32,000 bases of DNA from Erysipelotrichaceae bacterium (GTDB lineage Bacteria > Bacillota_I > Bacilli_A > Erysipelotrichales > Erysipelotrichaceae), in NCBI GenBank assembly GCA_963676105.1, contig OY781039.1:1680001-1712000 (forward strand). Direction: 5' to 3'. Positions within the stretch are counted from its first letter, which is position 1. Every line of letters begins with the position of its first letter. A model generated the notes under the pieces. The model did not search any database. It was not told the origin of the DNA and worked only from the letters and a program-made list of their open reading frames with translations. Below, in pieces: positions 26,065 to 32,000 of the stretch. The position numbers were made by a program, and so were the translations under genes.

Positions 26065-27738
26065 TTAATCAACACTGTAAAGTAATCGAATAGCTTCTTC
26101 AACTGTTGTTTTACCTTCAGTTACTAAATCTAAGACTTCTTCTCTGAGCATTCTCATGTTTGTTTCTTCAGCATAAGATCTTAAATCTTCCATTGATGCG
26201 CCCTTAGAAACAAGATCTTGAATGTGCTTATCAATAAGCAACATTTCAAAAACAGCTGTACGACCACTATAACCAGTGTTATTGCAGCTATCACAACCGC
26301 GACCATATTCAGTCTCTGTTAAGTCTGTTTGAAGTAACATGTTTTCTTCTTCAGTGACGGTGTGAACGGCTTTACATTTTGGACAAACTTTTTTAACTAA
26401 ACGTTGAGAGATAACACATTTAACTGATGAAGCAACTAAGAATGGTTCTATTCCCATATCAACTAGACGTAATACGGTAGATAAAGCATCATTGGTATGG
26501 ATAGTAGATAAAACCAAGTGACCAGTAATCGCGGCACGAATAGCGATTTCAGCAGTTTCTCCATCACGAATTTCCCCAACCATGATAATGTCTGGGTCTT
26601 GACGTAAGATAGATCTTAATCCAGAAGCAAAGGTTAAACCAGAGCGTGGATTAACTTGGACTTGTGTGATTCCTTCAAATTTTCGTTCGATAGGATCTTC
26701 AACTGTCACAACAGCCTTTTTAACATCGCTAATTTTAGCTAGCATTGAATATAGGGTTGTGGTTTTACCAGACCCAGTAGGACCTGTAACTAAGATAATT
26801 CCATGTGGTAAACGTACAGCTTTATTGATTAAATCTTGGCTTTGTTTTGATAAGCCTAGAGATGAAAGCTTATAAGAAATATTTCGATCGGCACCCAATA
26901 AACGTAAAACTAGTTTTTCTCCGTAAGGTGTAGGAATAGACGATACACGAATATCAATCTTTAAACCTTCAGCGGCAAATTGGAATGAACCATCTTGTGG
27001 AATACGTTTTTCGGCAATGTTCATTCCGGAAATAATCTTGATACGGGAACTTATGTGTTGATGTACTTCAGAAGTAAAATCTGTTTGAGCTTGTAAATCA
27101 CCATCAACTCTAAAACGAACATGAGTTGTACGTTCTGCAGGCTCAATGTGAATATCAGAAGCATTTTGATGATAAGCATCAAGAATTAAATTATTAACCA
27201 ATTTAACAACAGGGGCACTATCGATACTTGCAGCTAGCGCTTCATCACTTGTTAAAGTGCCATCAGCTTCTAAATCATTTTGAATATCACCAAGTATTTG
27301 ATCACTTGAACGTTTTGCATAAACACGATTAATCGCAATTTCAATTTCTTTCTTAGGTGAAATCGCAGCTCTTACTTCAAATCCTGTAATCATACGTAAA
27401 TCTTCGAGACAGTTAAAATCGAGAGGGTCATTCATCGCAATCGTTAATACACCTAAATTCAGTGATAATGGAACGATATTATATTTGCGGGCAAAACTTT
27501 CTGGAACAACTGTTACAACGTCTAATTCAACATCAAAAAGTGGGGCATCCACATATTTAATGTTTAAACGTTTAGCGAGTGCTTGAAGCATAACTCTCTC
27601 TGTCGTAAAGTCCATATCGATAATGACTTGACCCAGACGTTTTTTAGTGACTTTTTGTCTTGAAAGTGCTTGTTCAAGTTGATCTTCTGTAATGACGTTT
27701 TCTTCAATAAGCACTTGCCCTAATCGAATAAATTTCAT
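26065..27738 (-). CDS. pilB: Type IV pilus assembly ATPase PilB (GspE family) with an MshEN-like N-terminal domain
   Basis: The product has Walker A GPTGSGKTT, a tetracysteine motif CPKC...CDSC and a T2SSE N-terminal domain. I moved the start to ATG 27738 (557 aa), which is preceded by AAGGAG. The track start at 27882 would overlap divergent pilD and has no RBS. Confidence 0.9.
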   Translation of the reverse strand: MKFIRLGQVLIEENVITEDQLEQALSRQKVTKKRLGQVIIDMDFTTERVMLQALAKRLNIKYVDAPLFDVELDVVTVVPESFARKYNIVPLSLNLGVLTIAMNDPLDFNCLEDLRMITGFEVRAAISPKKEIEIAINRVYAKRSSDQILGDIQNDLEADGTLTSDEALAASIDSAPVVKLVNNLILDAYHQNASDIHIEPAERTTHVRFRVDGDLQAQTDFTSEVHQHISSRIKIISGMNIAEKRIPQDGSFQFAAEGLKIDIRVSSIPTPYGEKLVLRLLGADRNISYKLSSLGLSKQSQDLINKAVRLPHGIILVTGPTGSGKTTTLYSMLAKISDVKKAVVTVEDPIERKFEGITQVQVNPRSGLTFASGLRSILRQDPDIIMVGEIRDGETAEIAIRAAITGHLVLSTIHTNDALSTVLRLVDMGIEPFLVASSVKCVISQRLVKKVCPKCKAVHTVTEEENMLLQTDLTETEYGRGCDSCNNTGYSGRTAVFEMLLIDKHIQDLVSKGASMEDLRSYAEETNMRMLREEVLDLVTEGKTTVEEAIRLLYSVD

Positions 27739-27778
27739 AAATATCTCCTTTAACTTCATTTTTACGTATAATTGAAGT

Positions 27779-28528
27779 ATGAATTCTGTATATACCGTCT
27801 TTGCGATACTCTTTGGATTAGTTTTTGGATCCTTTTTTAATGTGGTAATCCTGAGACTTCCTAAAGGTGAGTCATTATCCACAGAAAGTTCTCATTGTGT
27901 CCATTGTGGACATCCATTGAGTCCTTTTGATTTAGTACCTGTCTTTTCATATCTTTTTCTAAGAGGAAAATGTCGATACTGTCATAAACCAATTTCAATT
28001 CGTTATCCATTGGTTGAATTAACAACAGCTATCCTTTTTGGATTAGTTGTTTATCAATATGGCTATAGCATTAAATCACTTATTGGACTAATTTTCATGT
28101 CGATATTAGTGATTGTTGCGGTGATGGATATAGATACGATGGAAATACTTGATCGTTTTCAAATCCTTATTCTTATTTTAGCCTTAATTAACTTCTTTAT
28201 CACAGAACTTAGTTTTTATAATCATGTGATAGCTTTCTTTATGATTTCAGTTCCATTCTTTATCATTGCCCATTTCTTTGGAGGAATGGGGGGAGGAGAT
28301 GTGAAACTAGTTGCGGTCAGTGGATTACTCTTAGGCATACAAAGTACACTGATTGGTTTTTTTATTGCTTCAATAACCGGTGGACTTGTGGGTGTCTATC
28401 TGCTTAGTACAAAACAGAAGGAGAGATCTTCAGCCATTGCCTTTGGACCTTACCTCTGTTTAGGTTTTGCGATAGCTTTCCTTTATGGACCAAGTTTATT
28501 TGAAGCTTATATCAATTTATTTGCTTGA
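27779..28528 (+). CDS. pilD: Prepilin peptidase / N-methyltransferase (A24 family)
   Basis: The 249 aa product has an N-terminal zinc-ribbon-like CVHCGH...CRYC. It also has the catalytic Asp contexts VMDIDTME and GGGDVKL. Confidence 0.9.
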   Translation: MNSVYTVFAILFGLVFGSFFNVVILRLPKGESLSTESSHCVHCGHPLSPFDLVPVFSYLFLRGKCRYCHKPISIRYPLVELTTAILFGLVVYQYGYSIKSLIGLIFMSILVIVAVMDIDTMEILDRFQILILILALINFFITELSFYNHVIAFFMISVPFFIIAHFFGGMGGGDVKLVAVSGLLLGIQSTLIGFFIASITGGLVGVYLLSTKQKERSSAIAFGPYLCLGFAIAFLYGPSLFEAYINLFA

Positions 28529-29260
28529 ATCAAATGGATCTTCGTTTGAACTTCCACTTCCATTACCGTTCGCAGTTACATCTTCTGTATCGACACTAAT
28601 GGAGTCTAATAATAACTGATCAACAAAATAAACATCGAAGGTAAAGCTAGCTTTGCTTTCTTCTACGTTATAACTTGATTCAGAAACAATGATTGAAGTA
28701 TTCCAATCTTTAACAGCTTCTAACAAATAGACAAATCTTGCATAAGTTGTACTAACTTCAAAGATTTGAGTTGATTTGAGAATAACGGCGGTACTTGTTG
28801 GGACAACTGTTGCTTCAACTGTTTCTTCTTTAAACTCTTTTATTAAGTCACCTAGGTTATATTGAATTTCAGTTGGAAGAGTTTGAATCGCAACTGGTGT
28901 TACAAGTTCAGGATCACTAAAGTTACTTGTTAGAATTCTCATATTATAGTAGGTCATGAGTTCTAATAATCTATGTTCAAATTGAGCTTGATGCAAAGGT
29001 GCTTCGAAGACTTCAAGTTGAGAAGATACTTCATTGACTCGATTTTCTAATTGAGTTTCATAAAGTGGTAAATTAGGCACTTGTGTTTCAATTAAGAATT
29101 TTTGTGCATCAAGAGAGTCAAAGTTTGCTTTTAGACGAGTGTTTTCAATCATTAACGGACTTATTACAAAGGTATAAATTAGGCCAACTATTCCAAATAA
29201 AGCGAGTATGAATAATAAGAGTTGTTCACGTTTTGAAACTTGTAATTTCATATTACTCAC
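28517..29260 (-). CDS. pilO: PilO-like pilus alignment-complex protein (bitopic, coiled-coil)
   Basis: The 247 aa product has a single N-terminal TM segment, then a coiled coil and an alpha/beta domain. It is encoded after pilM and pilN with an 8-nt overlap. The call rests on position and topology only. Confidence 0.5.
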   Translation of the reverse strand: MSNMKLQVSKREQLLLFILALFGIVGLIYTFVISPLMIENTRLKANFDSLDAQKFLIETQVPNLPLYETQLENRVNEVSSQLEVFEAPLHQAQFEHRLLELMTYYNMRILTSNFSDPELVTPVAIQTLPTEIQYNLGDLIKEFKEETVEATVVPTSTAVILKSTQIFEVSTTYARFVYLLEAVKDWNTSIIVSESSYNVEESKASFTFDVYFVDQLLLDSISVDTEDVTANGNGSGSSNEDPFDSSK

Positions 29261-29822
29261 CTCCTTTTAATAGACACTCAATACTGCCGGTATAGCGATA
29301 TGTAGTAGTATCTAAGCTGTATCCATAATTTGTAACACTTGCGAAATAATGACTTTCCTCAAGATGTAAAACATAATTAGAGAAGTCGGATGCATAAGCA
29401 GATGATGCTTCGATCGTTAAGATGTTATCAGAGAATGAATAGAAAGTATTTGTCATAGTTGTTGGGCGTTTATCATCGATTAGATCTAAGGTATATTGAT
29501 CTAGTTTTGGAATATAATCCATAACATCTGATAAATTAGAAATTTCAGTTTCAATTTGATCTAATAAACTAAGTTGATCTTGTAGATGATTTACTTTTGC
29601 GAGATTTTCAAGAGCATTGTTACTATTTAGATAAGCATTTAAACTATCAATTTCTTTTTGATAGAGACTATTATCTAACATTAACTTACCTATAAATGCT
29701 CCAGCGATTAAGATGCCGGCAGCAGATATCATAACCATGACACGTGTGCCCGTACCTTTTTTAGCTTTGATTTTTTGATCGGCGTAATAGCGATCTAATA
29801 AGTTCATATCAAGTTTTTTCAT
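29253..29822 (-). CDS. pilN: PilN-like pilus alignment-complex protein
   Basis: The 189 aa product has an N-terminal MNLLD, resembling the INLLP PilM-binding motif. This is followed by a TM segment and a coiled coil. An ATGA overlap links it to pilM. Confidence 0.55.
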   Translation of the reverse strand: MKKLDMNLLDRYYADQKIKAKKGTGTRVMVMISAAGILIAGAFIGKLMLDNSLYQKEIDSLNAYLNSNNALENLAKVNHLQDQLSLLDQIETEISNLSDVMDYIPKLDQYTLDLIDDKRPTTMTNTFYSFSDNILTIEASSAYASDFSNYVLHLEESHYFASVTNYGYSLDTTTYRYTGSIECLLKGGE

Positions 29823-30721
29823 TTTGACATCCTCATTAAACTTCCCATCGCATTTACATAACGATTTTCATATTTAATACCTTTAACACTAGATTCAGGA
29901 CTGATAATTTCGCATTCAATAGCTAAACTTTCAGTAACTTGTTTCTTAAGTGCCGATAAAACATCATCGCTACCTGTTAATAATATTTTAGAAAGATTTG
30001 TTTGTTCTCCACGTGTGTAACTGAATTGAATCATTTTGTTGATATTTTCAACAATATCTACAACAACATCAGCTTTATTCTTTCGTGTAACTTCATCAAT
30101 TCGATTATTACGTGTTAAAGCATAATGTCCATTTTCAAATAAATATTGTCTTAAATAATTTTCTTCAACATCAACAACAAGAACTTGTTGATTATTTGGT
30201 AGAATTTTAAGACTTTGAACAAATTTCATAATTGAATTAGCAGCACTGTCGATAACTTTGACTTTTAACCCAACTTCTTTTAAAACTTCAATAATACTTT
30301 CTATATAGTTTTTGTGTAAGGCAACAGCTAAAACTCGATATTGAGTATTATCTCCATCCCCAATTTCTTCGATTAATACATAATCCATTGTGAAGTCAGG
30401 TGTTAGATTAAGATTATTCATCATTTCAGAACGTACTAATAATGGAATCTTTCGTTCATCAACGGCTGGTAGAGTTAATTCTCTGTAGATAATGGCATTA
30501 CTGTTAATGCAAATTGTGGCATGTTTATCTTTGATTTGTGTTTTAGTGATTTCAGATTTTAATAAAGCTGAAAACTCATCAACATTGACAATGCCTTCCT
30601 CATTAATCCAATTTTCATCAAAACTAAAATGATGGAGGTGTTTTAATGTGATGTCATTTTTAGAAACGCCAGCATCTACCAAGTTGACGAATCCATTTCT
30701 AATTTCTATAGCTAATGGCAT
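29819..30721 (-). CDS. pilM: PilM (actin-like ATPase-fold pilus assembly protein)
   Basis: The 300 aa product shows a PilM-like pattern (IEI....V.LV...; VIDSAANS) and sits in the expected operon position. Confidence 0.75.
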   Translation of the reverse strand: MPLAIEIRNGFVNLVDAGVSKNDITLKHLHHFSFDENWINEEGIVNVDEFSALLKSEITKTQIKDKHATICINSNAIIYRELTLPAVDERKIPLLVRSEMMNNLNLTPDFTMDYVLIEEIGDGDNTQYRVLAVALHKNYIESIIEVLKEVGLKVKVIDSAANSIMKFVQSLKILPNNQQVLVVDVEENYLRQYLFENGHYALTRNNRIDEVTRKNKADVVVDIVENINKMIQFSYTRGEQTNLSKILLTGSDDVLSALKKQVTESLAIECEIISPESSVKGIKYENRYVNAMGSLMRMSK

Positions 30722-30735
30722 ATTTTATGTCCTTT

Positions 30736-31923
30736 CTATCCGATGGATTGATACATTGTGAATATTGGTTGAATGATAGATACAACAATGAATCCGATCA
30801 TGACCCCTAGAATAACTAGCATTGCTGGTTCTAATAAAGCAATCATTCTTTGAATTGCACTATCTGCTTCATCATCGAAGTAATCAGCTGTGCTACTTAG
30901 AATATCTCCGAGTGAGCCTGATTCTTCACCAATATAGATCATTGAGCTAAGCATTGGATCAAATTCTTTGGTATCTTGAATTGATTTAGAAATGAGTTCA
31001 CCTTTAGAAACATCATTCATAACCACATAGAGCAAATCTTCTAAAAACGTATTACCTATAACTTTCGCAGTGGTCTCAATCATAGATAATGTTTGAACAC
31101 CACTTGAGTAAAGGGAAGACATGGCACGTGCAGTGCGTGCAGAGTAGATCGTTCTTAGTAAGGGTCCTACAACCGGTAATCTTAGTTTTAACATATCGTA
31201 GGTTATCCGAATTTCTTTGATGTTTAATGCGATTCGTAGGCCAACAAATAAAACGATGATCGTTGCGATAATCACAATATAGTTTTCAATTAAGAAATCA
31301 GAAATCGCGAGAATAACTTTTGTTGTTGCAGGCATATTTTCAGCTGGGAACATTGAAGTAATGGTTGGTAATACGAAGGTTACTAACATCAGAACAACGG
31401 ATACTGATATAACACCAAGAACAGCAGGATAAATACTTGCGGTTCTAATCTTATTATTTAGTTTCAGTTCTTTATCATAATGGCCAGCCATTTGTTGAAG
31501 CGATCGATCAAGCGATCCTCCGACTTCACCAGCTACAACCATGTTGATTAGTAAATCTGGGAATGCACCATTTTGCATTTCCATGGCTTTAGATAATGCA
31601 TTACCTTTTTGTACTTCTTCATAGATGTTTCTAAAGATTTTTTTAGACTTAGCACTATCAGCTTTTGCTTGAAGCATATCTAGTGATTGGATGATTGGTA
31701 TACCGGAACCAACCATGGTACCAAGTTGTCGACAGAATACAACAACACTCTTTGTCTTAAGTTTAGAAACCTTTTCTTCTTTGTTTGCTCCTTCGGTATA
31801 TTCTAATAAATACCAGTTTTTGGCTTTAACAAGTTGAATAAGTTCCTGCGTAGAATCGGCAAAAAGAATATCTTTACCTTCATTACCAACTGCATCCATG
31901 TAGTTAATGTGAAAACTCTTCAT
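30736..31923 (-). CDS. pilC: PilC (GspF-family platform protein)
   Basis: The 395 aa product has two T2SSF repeats and three TM segments. Confidence 0.9.
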   Translation of the reverse strand: MKSFHINYMDAVGNEGKDILFADSTQELIQLVKAKNWYLLEYTEGANKEEKVSKLKTKSVVVFCRQLGTMVGSGIPIIQSLDMLQAKADSAKSKKIFRNIYEEVQKGNALSKAMEMQNGAFPDLLINMVVAGEVGGSLDRSLQQMAGHYDKELKLNNKIRTASIYPAVLGVISVSVVLMLVTFVLPTITSMFPAENMPATTKVILAISDFLIENYIVIIATIIVLFVGLRIALNIKEIRITYDMLKLRLPVVGPLLRTIYSARTARAMSSLYSSGVQTLSMIETTAKVIGNTFLEDLLYVVMNDVSKGELISKSIQDTKEFDPMLSSMIYIGEESGSLGDILSSTADYFDDEADSAIQRMIALLEPAMLVILGVMIGFIVVSIIQPIFTMYQSIG

Positions 31924-31934
31924 ACTGTTCCTTT

Positions 31935-32000
31935 CTAGTCAACCTCGGTGACTGGGTTATAAATATAGTTAAATACAAATCCACCAGAATAAGGTTGACC
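31935..32000 (-). CDS. 3' end of an unidentified upstream gene (partial)
   Basis: The minus-strand frame is open to the window edge and ends ...GQPYSGGFVFNYIYNPVTEVD*, with TAG at 31935-31937. It lies 11 nt upstream of the pilC start. Function is unknown. Confidence 0.35.
   Translation of the reverse strand, partial: GQPYSGGFVFNYIYNPVTEVD

Noticed and set aside
26666-26875. A 69-aa plus-strand ORF inside pilB
   Set aside because: It is a shadow ORF opposite the Walker A region of a full-length GspE-family ATPase.
27739-27882. The 48-codon N-terminal extension of PilB (track start at 27882)
   Set aside because: It would overlap the divergent pilD coding region by about 100 nt and has no RBS. 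ATG 27738 has AAGGAG at proper spacing and starts exactly at the conserved T2SSE/MshEN N-terminus.
24164-31923. Reading the pilus locus as a ComG competence pseudopilus operon
   Set aside because: The PilT retraction ATPase and the PilM/PilN/PilO alignment proteins are not part of ComG operons, and ComGD-GG-like minor pseudopilins are absent.

Overview
This is an AT-rich chromosomal segment (about one-third G+C by eye) with strong AGGAG-type ribosome-binding sites. It uses the standard genetic code: TGA acts as a stop and Trp is TGG. These traits fit a low-GC Gram-positive-type (Bacillota-like) bacterium; a finer assignment is not possible from sequence alone. I saw no rRNA, tRNA, CRISPR array, IS element or integrase. 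The window reads left to right as follows. (1) A DinJ/RelB-YafQ type II toxin-antitoxin pair sits at the left edge, with the antitoxin truncated by the window. (2) A two-gene minus-strand pair encodes an Ldh_2-family oxidoreductase and a nitroreductase. (3) A solitary GH1 6-phospho-beta-glucosidase follows. (4) A nine-gene, tightly coupled minus-strand branched-chain amino-acid operon runs ilvB-ilvN-leuA-cimA-leuC-leuD-leuB-ilvC-ilvD. It carries both isopropylmalate synthase and citramalate synthase and has no T-box or attenuator leader. (5) A plus-strand run of up to nine genes (15101-22558) encodes a TVP38/DedA-like membrane protein, an ABC ATPase and two ABC-2 permease paralogs. The permeases flank a tail-anchored beta-sandwich surface protein. 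A Ca-binding-repeat lipoprotein, an OmpR-type response regulator, a histidine kinase and a secreted PepSY protein complete the run. This is the best candidate for an uncharacterised system. Its layout recalls LanFEG-LanI-LanRK or Cpr-type peptide-immunity modules, but it carries extra extracytoplasmic parts. (6) DegV and a DUF1801/YdeI-like gene come next. (7) A Gram-positive type IV pilus locus encodes pilC-pilM-pilN-pilO, an inverted pilD, pilB, pilT and two tandem short pilin paralogs. PilB carries a tandem MshEN-like (c-di-GMP receptor-type) N-terminal motif. All calls rest on reading the supplied translations and the DNA by eye; no searches were run.
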